The translations under genes and the position numbers were made by a program. This document shows positions 49,684 through 59,300 of a stretch of 64,000 nt of DNA, piece by piece (position 1 is the stretch's first letter; each line of letters opens with the position of its first letter). This DNA comes from Thermodesulfobacteriota bacterium (lineage in GTDB: Bacteria; Desulfobacterota; Binatia; Bin18). The stretch covers positions 1,344,001-1,408,000 of the forward strand of contig OZ219926.1 of NCBI GenBank assembly GCA_964291405.2, written 5' to 3'. Below the pieces are notes generated by a model that was not told where the DNA came from, made no database searches, and saw nothing but the letters and a program-made list of their open reading frames with translations.

Positions 49684-50829
49684 ATGGCGATCTATCCGGT
49701 GATATCGTCAGATGACCATGTGTTTGAGCCAGCGGATTTGTGGACGAGTCGGCTCGATAAGCCATTCCGCGATCGCGCACCCCACGTGATTCATCGCGAC
49801 GAGGATGACACCGACTGGTGGGTATGCGACGGCCTCGTGGGCCTCAGCGGCGGGTCAGGTGGTTCACTGTTGGGCAAGCGCTTTGATGAATCGCCCGACA
49901 AGCTGAGTTTTGCCGATAAGATCGAGAATGTCCGGCCCGGGGCGTATCTGCCCGAAGAACGCCTCAAAGATATGGATGCCGACGGCATCGACCTGGCGCT
50001 GGTGTATCCCACGCAAGGGCTGCTGCTGTACAGCGTGCCAGATAGCACCCTCCTCACCGCCTTATGCAAAGCCTACAACGACTGGCTCGTTGAGTTTTGT
50101 GGCGGGTCGGCGGGCCGGATCAAAGGGATCGCGATGTTGGATATCGACGACATTGGGTCGGCGATCCGGGAGATCGAGCGGTGCGCGAAACTGGGTCTCG
50201 TCGGGGCGATGATTTCGGTGTATCCGGCCGAGGAGAACTCATACGATCGACCTGAATACGAGCCGTTCTGGTCGGCGGCGGAAGATTTACGTATGCCGCT
50301 CAGCCTCCATATTGTGACCAACCGGCCGGCCGCGCAGACCGGCCAAGGCGATGGGGCACTCCGGTCACTGGACGGGCCGATTGATTTCGCGGCCCTGGCG
50401 AATGCGGATCACTGGGTGCGGATGTCCTTAGCCCGAATGATTCTGAGTGGGGTCTTTGAACGCCATCCGCGGCTACAAGTCGGCTCGATTGAACAAGAAG
50501 TCTCGTGGGCGCCGCACTTCATCGAACGCCTCGACTACACCTATACGCAGCGCCCCCAAAGTGGCGGGTATCGGTTTGGGGAAGCGATGCTCCCCAGCGA
50601 TTACTTCCGTCGCAACGTCTTCATCAGCTTTCAAGAAGATGCGGTGGGCTTGCGGGAGCGGCAGTTCATTGGGGTGGACAATCTCCTGTGGGGGTCGGAC
50701 TATCCGCATGCCGAGTCGACGTTTCCGCGCTCGCAACAGATCCTGACGGAGATCTTGGCCGACTGCACGGAGGAGGAGAAGGCGAAGATCGTGGGTGGGA
50801 ACACGGCTCGCATTTACAACCTCGGCTAA
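49684..50829 (+). CDS. Amidohydrolase_2 family protein
   Basis: 'ISSDDHV.EP.DLW', 'D.D.DG....VYPT', 'GVFERHP.L....E', 'WGSDYPH.ESTFP'. Confidence 0.92.
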   Translation: MAIYPVISSDDHVFEPADLWTSRLDKPFRDRAPHVIHRDEDDTDWWVCDGLVGLSGGSGGSLLGKRFDESPDKLSFADKIENVRPGAYLPEERLKDMDADGIDLALVYPTQGLLLYSVPDSTLLTALCKAYNDWLVEFCGGSAGRIKGIAMLDIDDIGSAIREIERCAKLGLVGAMISVYPAEENSYDRPEYEPFWSAAEDLRMPLSLHIVTNRPAAQTGQGDGALRSLDGPIDFAALANADHWVRMSLARMILSGVFERHPRLQVGSIEQEVSWAPHFIERLDYTYTQRPQSGGYRFGEAMLPSDYFRRNVFISFQEDAVGLRERQFIGVDNLLWGSDYPHAESTFPRSQQILTEILADCTEEEKAKIVGGNTARIYNLG

Positions 50830-51229
50830 GGGATGATTAACAAAGACCAAGTAAGAGAGCAGGTGGAAGGAATTGTCTTATTTTTCTAAATTCCACAGTC
50901 TTTGTGGAAATAAGTCGGCTCTTTTCATCCACGGTAAGGAAGGAAAGAGACGGTCGTTTTCTTCCGCACCTTTGGAAAATCATAGGATCGTTGGATTTTA
51001 CCCCGTTGCTGATACTGCTGCCCAATTCAAAGAACACCTCATAGACTGTCGTCAAGGCAAGGTTTTACAAGCCTTCTCATGGCAGTTGAAGAATTCGGCA
51101 GCAGTATCCGTTGCTACGGCATGCCCCTCCTTGCCGCTGTGGAGCACGAAGCCAAGGCCCGAGGCGTGGTGAATGCGCACGAACGGGTACGCATCGTTCC
51201 AACTCTTCACGCCGCATTTTTTCCGGCTC

Positions 51230-51268
51230 TGCGGAAGGAGTCCCATGCGTCGAGTCTGACCCCATATA
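51230..51268. repeat. Right end of the CAGACTCGACT element
   Basis: TGCGGAAGGAGTCCCATGCGTCGAGTCTGACCCCATATA vs TGCGGAAGAAGTCCCATTAGTCGAGTCTGACCCCATATA at 29691-29729. Confidence 0.75.
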
Positions 51269-51286
51269 CCGCGAGTCACGCAAGAC

Positions 51287-52144
51287 TCAGTCCTCCTTTT
51301 TGGACATGAAAGCCGCAAAGACACCTTCGTAGTCCGGATGCCAGCGCGAGAGCGCCGGGCGGTTCTCGGTCATGTCACCCGCCGCCCACTCAATGCGCCG
51401 GTGGTCGATCTCGGGCGTTACATCATTGTCTGGACACAGCACGTAAAAGTCGCCACGGTCCATCGCTGCAAGCAAGTAGTCCGCCACCTGCTCGGGCATC
51501 CAAGCACCGGGGGGCTTTTCCTGCGCGAATCGCTTTGTCAATCCTGTGTACGTAAAACCCGGAATCAGGAGGTGCGCTGTGACTCGGCAGCCGTCGATAA
51601 GGCGGAGTTGATGGGCAAGGCTCTCAGTCAAGCTCTTGATACCGGCCTTGGATACATTGTACGCCGCGTCGCCGGGTGGATTGGTGATGCCCTGCTTCGA
51701 TCCCGTATTGACGATCGCGCAAGGGGTGCCCTGGTCAATCATTCCCTGGGTGAAGACCTGGAGCCCGTGAATCACGCCCCAGAGGTTCACGCTGAGCGCT
51801 CTCCGCCAGCCCTCGTAGTGCTCCCAGGGGGTGCCGCCACCGCGCGCGCCGGCATTGTTCATCAGCACGGCAACCTCGCCGAACTGATAGAGTACGGTGT
51901 CTCGAAGAGCCTGCACGGATTCAAGGCGAGCTACATCGACTGGGGCTGCCAGGATCGCGTCCGTACCTCGCGCGCTCTGCTTCGCGAGGATGTCGGTCGC
52001 GGAGCTGAGCTTCTCCTCGTCCTGGTCCGCGATACACACGTTCAAGCCCAGCGCTACAAGGCGCTCAGCCGTGGCAAAACCAATGCCACTGGCGCCGCCG
52101 GTGATCACCGCCGTACGGTTTGGAGTTAAAGCAGAATGTGTCAT
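51287..52144 (-). CDS. Short-chain dehydrogenase/reductase
   Basis: TGGASGIG, NNAG, 'NTGSKQGIT.PPG..AYNVSK'. Confidence 0.92.
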   Translation of the reverse strand: MTHSALTPNRTAVITGGASGIGFATAERLVALGLNVCIADQDEEKLSSATDILAKQSARGTDAILAAPVDVARLESVQALRDTVLYQFGEVAVLMNNAGARGGGTPWEHYEGWRRALSVNLWGVIHGLQVFTQGMIDQGTPCAIVNTGSKQGITNPPGDAAYNVSKAGIKSLTESLAHQLRLIDGCRVTAHLLIPGFTYTGLTKRFAQEKPPGAWMPEQVADYLLAAMDRGDFYVLCPDNDVTPEIDHRRIEWAAGDMTENRPALSRWHPDYEGVFAAFMSKKED

Positions 52145-52183
52145 TCGGGGGATCCTCCTTGGGTTCGGCGAAACACCTTCCTC

Positions 52184-52218
52184 GCCACCCAACGCCGTGT
52201 TAACTCGCGTTAGGTGGC
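52184..52218. repeat. Hairpin with attC-like R''/R' boxes
   Basis: GCCACCCAACGC...GCGTTAGGTGGC contains RYYYAAC and GTTRRRY but no L boxes; only 35 bp. Confidence 0.35.
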
Positions 52219-52234
52219 ATTGTGCGAGGAGCGC

Positions 52235-52567
52235 CTACTCAGTAGGAAGTACGAAACCCATATCCCGCTTCCCACTAGCATCATAGATCTCTGCCGAGTA
52301 GCTCGTAATGTCGCCACGTATATTCGACTCGCTCAATGCTGCCACAAGACTATCCATGTAGGGATACGTGAAATGCTTGTCTAGATACTCTTGGCTATCC
52401 CAGACTTCGAATATTGTGGCACGGTTTGGGGCCGTAACATCGATTACCCAATCATAAATTTGAGCGTCTGGTTCTTTTCTTGAGTTTTCAATCGCGGTTG
52501 TAACGGTTTCTTTGATGCAATCAAATCCTCCCGGCACGTACTCGAACACGACTGCAACGATTGACAT
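52235..52567 (-). CDS. Antibiotic biosynthesis monooxygenase (ABM)-like protein
   Basis: 'SR.EP....YD........IFEVW.S...L..HF..P'; RBS GGAGG. Confidence 0.8.
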   Translation of the reverse strand: MSIVAVVFEYVPGGFDCIKETVTTAIENSRKEPDAQIYDWVIDVTAPNRATIFEVWDSQEYLDKHFTYPYMDSLVAALSESNIRGDITSYSAEIYDASGKRDMGFVLPTE

Positions 52568-52714
52568 GCAGTTCCTCCAGGTAAGGCCGGGCAGGGCCAG
52601 TTTGTAGGGTGATGGAGGAACCGGGGTTAGGGAAGTCGCGGCTGTTCCATGAATTTGTCGAGGCGTGTTGCCATACACCCTCAGGCGCGTTATGAACCCA
52701 GCGTAGAAATCGCA

Positions 52715-53380
52715 GTGGTACGACCTAAAAAAACAGCAAACTCACCTGACTACCGGGCCATCATCTGCGCCGTCGGCCAAGCCTTGTTCGCTGAGCGCGG
52801 TTTTGCCGGCACGACTATCCGCGAGATTGCCAAACAGGCGGGTGTCAATTCAGGCCTGCTGTACCACTATTACTCCAACAAAGAAACGCTGTATCTGTCG
52901 CTGCTGGAAACGGCCGTCAGCGAAATCGTCGTGCAAGTCGAAAACATTGCCACCGGTCCGGGCACCCCGGAGGAAAAAATCCACCAGATTGTCCAGGCGT
53001 GGCTCGCATACTACCAGGCCCATCCACAGAGTTTTCTCCTCATCCAGCGAGCAGTCAATGAACACAGTCCTGCAGCGCAAGCCCTAGCCCAACATTGGTT
53101 TTCGCGTTGCTTCACCGCCATTGACGCCATCACCACCGAAGGCGTCCAACACGGGCTTTTCAGACCGCTGCCGCCCGCCCTCTTGTCATTTGCCATTGAG
53201 GGGCTCCTAGAGCATGCCGTGCACATCCATAAGCTCATAGGGGGCATTAGCCCGGATCTGTCTGGTGCCTCCCTACTGGACGAACTGGCAAATCTGGTCC
53301 TCACCCTATTGCGGGCCGATACCCCCAAGCGAAGCGTTCCTGTTCGCCGTGGCAAGAAGCGCCTACCGAGGCCTCGCTGA
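52715..53380 (+). CDS. TetR/AcrR transcriptional regulator (start uncertain)
   Basis: 'LFAERGF.GTTIREIA..AGV..GLLYHYY..KE.LY'. Confidence 0.9.
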   Translation: MVRPKKTANSPDYRAIICAVGQALFAERGFAGTTIREIAKQAGVNSGLLYHYYSNKETLYLSLLETAVSEIVVQVENIATGPGTPEEKIHQIVQAWLAYYQAHPQSFLLIQRAVNEHSPAAQALAQHWFSRCFTAIDAITTEGVQHGLFRPLPPALLSFAIEGLLEHAVHIHKLIGGISPDLSGASLLDELANLVLTLLRADTPKRSVPVRRGKKRLPRPR

Positions 53381-53448
53381 GCTGCTCTTTCAGATCGTCC
53401 AGCCCCTCCTCGCCTTACGCCGATAGCGGGAGGCTACCAAAACGAGTC

Positions 53449-53500
53449 TTGACTTAACTAATCGATTGATGTATTATATCAGAAATTCATCGATCGATTA
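53449..53500 (+). promoter_or_regulatory. sigma70 promoter with inverted operator pair
   Basis: TTGACT-17 bp-TATTAT; TAATCGATTGATG (53459-53471) / CATCGATCGATTA (53488-53500). Confidence 0.65.
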
Positions 53501-53533
53501 ATTACAAACCCCGGGAAGGAAAAGGAGAACAGG

Positions 53534-53914
53534 GTGAACGAACAAGAGGTAGATAAAGTTATGGAGCTCGAGCGCGAAGCGTATCGGCTGTACCAGGCCG
53601 GAGATGTCGACGGGATGATAGACAAGATACTGACGGAGAACGCCCGAATATGTCCCCCCGGCTCCGAATCTATTGTCGGGAGAGAAAACCAACGGGTGCT
53701 ATTCAAGGAACTCGCCCAGATGGACGGCTTCGAGCTGTTCTGGGAACCCCTTGAGGCACAGGTGAGCGCGTCTCACGACATGGCATACGTGTATGGAGCG
53801 GTCAGATGGAAAATGCCGGGGAGCGCTGAAGAGGTGGGGAAGTATGTCTCTGTCTGGATGAAGGAGAACGGGGAATGGCGGAACGCCGTAGAAATCCGCA
53901 ATGCCAACGGCTAG
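53534..53914 (+). CDS. DUF4440/SnoaL-like NTF2 protein
   Basis: 'VS.S.DMAY..G........GKY..VW.K..GEW'; GTG start after AAGGAG. Confidence 0.82.
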   Translation: MNEQEVDKVMELEREAYRLYQAGDVDGMIDKILTENARICPPGSESIVGRENQRVLFKELAQMDGFELFWEPLEAQVSASHDMAYVYGAVRWKMPGSAEEVGKYVSVWMKENGEWRNAVEIRNANG

Positions 53915-53945
53915 AGGGACGACCGTCAGAGGAGGACCTCCGTGT

Positions 53946-54959
53946 ATGCCGAAACTGAAAGAAATTGGTATTGGCGTCGAGAACGTGAATGCCCGAGATT
54001 ACGTCGCCCAGGCCCAGGCCGCAGAGCGCTTGGGGTTCCACAGTTTCTGGGTGCCGGAGGACTGCGTTTTTCCGGGCGCCTTTAGCTCGGGCGCCGCTAT
54101 CGCAGCGGCGACCAGCCAGATTAAAATCGGCACCGGCGTCATCAACCCCTACACTCGTCACCCCGTCCTCATTGCCATGGAACTGGCCGCGCTGGACCAG
54201 CTCTCCGGCGGGCGGGCCATCCTTGGCCTGGGCGCAAGTATCCGGCTGTGGATTGAGGAGCAGATGGGCATCGACTATGCCAAGTCTCTGTCGGCCCTCA
54301 GAGACGCGGTGACCATCATCCGCCGGCTGCTGGCCGGTGGTGAGGTTGACTATCAGGGCCAGGTGTTTCGGGCGAGTGCCGGCATGCGATTGAATTTGGA
54401 GCCCGAGCGAACGGCAGTGCCGATTTACCTGGCCACGATGGCGCCCAAGGCGGTGGAGCTGACGGGCGAAATAGCGGACGGCTGGGTTCCGTTTGGCGCC
54501 GAGCCGGCGGCCGTGAGACGGGGCCTGGAGCACCTTCGCCGGGGCGCCGTGCGGGCGGGCCGCAGCCTGGCCGACTTCGACTACGGCGCCTTTCTGCTCA
54601 CGGCCGTGGCCGAGGATGACCGGGCGGCGCGGGAGGCCGTCAAGCCGGTGCTGGCGACGACCTTGGCGTGGATGGCGAACCAGCCCCAGCAGCCGATGTT
54701 CACCGATTACGGCCTGACCCCGGAGGACGCCGAGGTGATGCGGCAGAGCTACGCCCGCGGCGAACTCCGCCCGGACTTTGTGAGTGACGCCATGGTCGAT
54801 GAGCTGGTGCTGGCGGGCAGTCCGCAGCGCTGTCGGGAGCGGCTGGCCGCGCGGATCGAGGCGGGCCTGACGAGCGCGGTCTTTTTCATGGCGGGCGATC
54901 CGGAGTTTACCAGGAACCTGGAAGCGTTGTACCGGACGGTGATTCGCGACTTTATCTGA
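53946..54959 (+). CDS. LLM-class (Mer-like) oxidoreductase
   Basis: 'AE.LGF..FW..ED', 'IGTGV.NPYTRHP..IA.E.A.LD.LSGGR..LGLG', 'GE.ADG'. Confidence 0.9.
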   Translation: MPKLKEIGIGVENVNARDYVAQAQAAERLGFHSFWVPEDCVFPGAFSSGAAIAAATSQIKIGTGVINPYTRHPVLIAMELAALDQLSGGRAILGLGASIRLWIEEQMGIDYAKSLSALRDAVTIIRRLLAGGEVDYQGQVFRASAGMRLNLEPERTAVPIYLATMAPKAVELTGEIADGWVPFGAEPAAVRRGLEHLRRGAVRAGRSLADFDYGAFLLTAVAEDDRAAREAVKPVLATTLAWMANQPQQPMFTDYGLTPEDAEVMRQSYARGELRPDFVSDAMVDELVLAGSPQRCRERLAARIEAGLTSAVFFMAGDPEFTRNLEALYRTVIRDFI

Positions 54960-55071
54960 GCCCGGCGCAGCGCGGCAACGAGAAAATCTCACGGACAGCA
55001 CATGCGCTGGGGAGAGGCACGAACAACCGACCCGGGCCTTTGCGCGACGGTTTGGCCCACGAGAGGAGGTC

Positions 55072-55872
55072 ATGATGGATGCGGATATAGTACGGCAAAA
55101 AGCCGAAACCTTTGCCGCGCTGCACAGAGCGGGCGATCCCCTCATCCTGTTCAACTGTTGGGATGTTGCGACCGCGAAGCTGGCCGCGCGGGCGTTCCCG
55201 GCCGTGGCAACGAGCAGCGGCGCGGTGGCGATGGCCCAGGGATTCGAGGACGGCGAACGGATACCGCTCGATCTGGTCTTGTCGCTGATGGCGCGGATCG
55301 CCGGCGCGGTGGACTGTCCGGTCTCGGTCGATCTGGAGGCGGGCTACTCGGACGATCCCTTGGAGGTGGCGGAAACGGTCGAAAGGCTGATCGCGAGCGG
55401 CATTGTCGGCATTAACCTGGAGGACGGTCTGTCGCAGGGCAAGCGCGCGCTGGTGGCGCCAGACGCCCATGCGAGGAAGATCGAGGCCGTGCGCGGGGCG
55501 GCGGAGCGGACGGGCGTGCCGTTTTTCATCAACGCCCGGATCGACTCGTTTTTGCTCAAGATCGGCGACGCGCAAACCTGCTTTGACGAGACGCTAAACC
55601 GGGCCGCGGCCTACGCGTCGGCGGGCGCGAGCGGCATATTCGTCCCTTTTCTTTTTGACACAGACCTGATCGCCGACCTGGCTGCGCGCATAGCGCTGCC
55701 GCTCAACATCCTGGTGATGCCCACGGCGCCGCCGGTGGCCGCCCTGGCCGAGGCGGGCGTTGCGCGTATCAGCTGCGGCGCTTGGCCGATTGAGGCGTTA
55801 GCGCAGGCGTTTGGTGCGGCAGCGGTCGCTTTCGCGGACACAAAGGACTACGCGTCTGTCCTGGCCTCCTGA
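55072..55872 (+). CDS. Isocitrate lyase/PEP mutase family protein
   Basis: 'N.WD..TA', 'ATSS..VA...G..DGE', 'PVSVD.E.GY', 'G.NLEDG', 'NAR.D'. Confidence 0.9.
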   Translation: MMDADIVRQKAETFAALHRAGDPLILFNCWDVATAKLAARAFPAVATSSGAVAMAQGFEDGERIPLDLVLSLMARIAGAVDCPVSVDLEAGYSDDPLEVAETVERLIASGIVGINLEDGLSQGKRALVAPDAHARKIEAVRGAAERTGVPFFINARIDSFLLKIGDAQTCFDETLNRAAAYASAGASGIFVPFLFDTDLIADLAARIALPLNILVMPTAPPVAALAEAGVARISCGAWPIEALAQAFGAAAVAFADTKDYASVLAS

Positions 55873-55932
55873 AACGATGTATAAAACAGTTAGTGATATC
55901 ATTAGCATTCGAAGGAGCAGGAGGAGAACAGG

Positions 55933-56853
55933 ATGAACGAACAAGACACCAGTGCCCAGCGGTTCTCGGTCTCGATGCTTGGCCTTGGCTATATGGGCAG
56001 TGCCCTGGCGCGGGCGTTTCTCGCGCAGCAGCATGCGGTCACGGTGTGGAACCGCACGGCGAGCAAAGCCGAGCCCCTGGCCGAGGCAGGAGCCCAAGTG
56101 GCCGCATCGGTGGCCGAGGCCATCACCGCAAGCGACGTGACCGTCGTATGTGTCAGCGACTACCACGGGAGTGATGCCTTGCTGCGTACGGCAGAAATAG
56201 TCGGTCGACTCAAAGGGAAGACATTGGTCCAACTCACGACCGGTACCCCCGAGGAAGCACGGAGCGGCGCGGCCTGGGCAGCGGAGCATGGCGTCGCGTA
56301 TTTGGACGGGGCGATCATGGCGTCTCCGCTCGAGGTGGGCACGCCGGACGGCACCCTCCTGTATGCGGGACCGCAAGCCGCCTTTGACCGCTACAAACCT
56401 TTGTTGCTCAGCCTGGGTGGCAATTCGGTCTTTGTGGGAGAGAGTCCGGGCCATGCGGCTGCGCTTGAGGGCAGCCTGCTCTCCTTCCTGTACGCCAGCT
56501 GGATCGGCTTTCTGCACGGGGCGGCTCTGTGTGAATCCGAGGGGATGTCCATCGAGAGTTACCTCTCGGCGACCCTGCAAATGCTCACGGGTCTGCTGAC
56601 TCCCCTTGTGACAAGCGCCGCCGAGCTGGCCGGTCAGCGGAGCTACGCCAGTGCAGTCTCCTCGCTGAACGCGAATACAATCGCCCTGGAGCATATCGTC
56701 CAGTTTTGCGATGAGAACGGCGTGGACCGCGCCCTCCCAGCCTGTCTGGCGGGCGCCCTACAGCGGGCGGCCGCGGCGGGTCATGGGGAAAAAGACTTGG
56801 CCGCGGTGTTCGAGATTTTTCGGAAGAAGGACAGCGGGGGTGAGACGGATTAG
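55933..56853 (+). CDS. NAD(P)-dependent oxidoreductase, imine reductase/beta-HAD-like
   Basis: GLGYMG, VWNRT..KA, 'LVQLTTG.P..AR', 'YLDGAIM..P..VG'. Confidence 0.85.
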   Translation: MNEQDTSAQRFSVSMLGLGYMGSALARAFLAQQHAVTVWNRTASKAEPLAEAGAQVAASVAEAITASDVTVVCVSDYHGSDALLRTAEIVGRLKGKTLVQLTTGTPEEARSGAAWAAEHGVAYLDGAIMASPLEVGTPDGTLLYAGPQAAFDRYKPLLLSLGGNSVFVGESPGHAAALEGSLLSFLYASWIGFLHGAALCESEGMSIESYLSATLQMLTGLLTPLVTSAAELAGQRSYASAVSSLNANTIALEHIVQFCDENGVDRALPACLAGALQRAAAAGHGEKDLAAVFEIFRKKDSGGETD

Positions 56854-56965
56854 CCCTTCAGGAGACGAGACCGGCTGCGTACCGCGCAGCGGTTTCGTGC
56901 AAGGGCCGCTCTTGGGAAACAAACTCCCCCGACAGCCAGAGAATTTCAACAACCATGAAAGGAGA

Positions 56966-58357
56966 ATGGGTATGCGTAGGGCGCTCACACAAGCTGGAAC
57001 GGCTGGCCGAAAGAGAAGCACGGCGGTGTTCGTGCTCCTCTCGGCCTGTCTGTGGGCTGGTTCGGACTTAGTGGCTGATGAGCGTCCACACACCATCAGC
57101 AAAGACACCGTGCTCCAGTGGGTCAACCAGTACCAGGATGCCACGCCGGAGTTTCAGCCGGGCCAGACCCTCACCTTCGAGGACCTTGAAAAAGTGCGCC
57201 CCTTTCTGCCACCTGGGTTCTTCGACGAAGTCGCGTTTCCGGGTGTAACAATTGAGATTGCGTCGACCGGAGACTATGCCCCGCATCCCGTGTATCGTGC
57301 CGCCACTGAACGGTTTGCTGGTCAGACGCGCTTGACTGCAGACGGGGCGCTGGAAGGCTATGTGGCGGGTCAACCGTTCCTCAACGACAGCCTCGACCTC
57401 AAAGACCCGACAGCTGGCCTGAAGGTGGCCTGGAATTTGAACTTCCGCTGGCAGCACTATGGGCAGCGGGCGGAAAAATACTATATGGCGTTAATACGAC
57501 CCGGTGCAGGCCAAGCAGGGTCGAATACGGTCCCAGAGGGCTTCATCGGAGGCGGTGGGGAGCTCGACCGTCTCATGGTCGTACGTTTCCAGCGGGTCTA
57601 TTTTTCTCACTTGGCTATGCTCCCGGACAACAACTATACGCTACCGGCCCATGGCGCAGCAGAGGTTGAATACAAGGAGTACGATGAGTTTATCGAGCCG
57701 TATGATGTGCGGGGGCAGCGGTTCGTGGTCCAACGTGCCCGTGACCCCCACCTGACAGACCAAGCGTGGGCCTACGTCCCTGCGATGCGCAAGGTGCGGC
57801 GCCTCTCCACCGAAGAACGTGCCGACTCCTTTCTGGGGACCGAGATAACGTATGATGATTTCCTGGGGTACTCCGGGCGCATTGTGGAGCAGGACTGGAC
57901 GTTTCACGGTTGGAAAGATGTGCTCCACATCATGAATTCTCGTCATCCCCATGCTCATTTCTCCGGGCCGCGCGGCTGGGTGCCTAACGACCGGTGGGAG
58001 GTGCGCCGGTGTATCGTCCTGGAGCAGACCCCGAAAGATCCGAACCATCCCTACAGCAGCAAGCTCCTGTTTCTCGATGCGCAAACCTACCGCGCCACCA
58101 CGGTCCTCGCGTTTGACCGGGAGGGGAAATTGTGGAGAGTCTGGAACTATCAGAATTCCTGGTCCGAAGATGCCAAGGAGAAGCCAGAGGGCAACCACGG
58201 CACGTTCGTGGCACGCTTTCTGGGCCTGACGGGTATTGATGTCCAAAATCAACGGGCGACGCTCGTCACCATGGGGGAGATGGACTATCCCCAAGTGACG
58301 GTAGAAGAGGTGGAAGAGTTATATAACTTGAACCGGCTCACCGAAGGGAGACGCTAA
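56966..58357 (+). CDS. DUF1329 family exported protein (outer-membrane lipoprotein-sorting-like fold)
   Basis: Signal-like N-terminus, 'Y.AG.PF', 'D.AW.Y.P..R.VRR', 'F.G.....DD..G', 'HPYS...L..D', 'D..G.LW'. Confidence 0.8.
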   Translation: MGMRRALTQAGTAGRKRSTAVFVLLSACLWAGSDLVADERPHTISKDTVLQWVNQYQDATPEFQPGQTLTFEDLEKVRPFLPPGFFDEVAFPGVTIEIASTGDYAPHPVYRAATERFAGQTRLTADGALEGYVAGQPFLNDSLDLKDPTAGLKVAWNLNFRWQHYGQRAEKYYMALIRPGAGQAGSNTVPEGFIGGGGELDRLMVVRFQRVYFSHLAMLPDNNYTLPAHGAAEVEYKEYDEFIEPYDVRGQRFVVQRARDPHLTDQAWAYVPAMRKVRRLSTEERADSFLGTEITYDDFLGYSGRIVEQDWTFHGWKDVLHIMNSRHPHAHFSGPRGWVPNDRWEVRRCIVLEQTPKDPNHPYSSKLLFLDAQTYRATTVLAFDREGKLWRVWNYQNSWSEDAKEKPEGNHGTFVARFLGLTGIDVQNQRATLVTMGEMDYPQVTVEEVEELYNLNRLTEGRR

Positions 58358-58620
58358 CCCCGGAGAGGAGATGGGCATGGCAGGACCACAGGCGGAGAGC
58401 ATCGATTTCCAGGGCCGGATGGAGACGATTTACGGGTTTGGCAAACCATTTGCCGACACGCGTAAACCGATGGTGATCCTCGACCCCAAGACGCCGCCGT
58501 GCCAAGTGGTTTCCTGGGAGTCAAGAAGAGCGATGTATGGTAAGCCGTTGTCGGTTTTGACCGGCCGACCAGGATCAGGACCTTAAACCGCCGTTCGACC
58601 TTTTTCTAACCAGCCAGGTG

Positions 58621-58761
58621 TTAGGCAGCGTTCCAATGGCCGCCCGAACAGTGACACCGTCCGACCATCACGATGGCGGCGGCACACGCGGCGATGAGCG
58701 CATCGGCAAACGCCATCCCGGCGGCTCCTGCACCGACGATAAGATAGTCCGGCTCGATCAC
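58621..58761 (-). pseudogene. 5' fragment of FAD/NAD(P)-binding protein
   Basis: IEPDYLIVGAGAAGMAFADALIA....IVMVGR....GGHWNAA*. Confidence 0.65.
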
Positions 58762-58891
58762 GCTCGTGATCCCACATCTGCTAGAAGCTATCTCATCAAT
58801 GTCTGACGGGTGCTCTCTAGGCCGCCGATCCTAGGCAAAAGTGGCGCGGCTCTCCTATTTATGCGATGAATGCTCGACACCATCTTGACCG

Positions 58892-59251
58892 TTATCCTAG
58901 CGATACGTTCAGCAGCCTGGCATAAATCTTGTGCGGCTCTGGTGCGGTGGCCCCAAGTAGATCAATGCTGATGTTCGTAGAATCAAAGTACTCGTACCAC
59001 TCGGCTTCTACGACAACTTTCTCAAATTCGTGCACTTGTTCGGCGCTGCTCAGCCCAAAAACTCCGACGAACCCCTTTTCGGGAGCTTTCGGGAGAGTTT
59101 GATCAATCTTACTCCAGCCCAAAACGATCGCGCCGCCGGCACGCCCAGCGTTTATATAGGCGTCCAGCGATTTCAGATACGCGAGTTTGTCACCTTCACT
59201 CAAAGCGTGCCAACGGGCGTTGGGGTGCCATACGATGGCTAATATATGCAT
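58892..59251 (-). CDS. Hypothetical dimeric alpha/beta-barrel protein (DUF6616-like)
   Basis: RBS GGAGGAG; 'W.P...W.AL......Y', 'WYEYF...N'. Confidence 0.6.
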   Translation of the reverse strand: MHILAIVWHPNARWHALSEGDKLAYLKSLDAYINAGRAGGAIVLGWSKIDQTLPKAPEKGFVGVFGLSSAEQVHEFEKVVVEAEWYEYFDSTNISIDLLGATAPEPHKIYARLLNVSLG

Positions 59252-59300
59252 GGGTTCTCCTCCGGGCCTCTCGCCATATTTGTCTGTCGCTAAGGCCGGG

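Noticed and set aside
44115-52638. 14-bp repeat GGTTAGGGAAGTCG at 44115 and 52625
   Set aside because: Matches of this length are expected by chance in 64 kb and the flanks do not align
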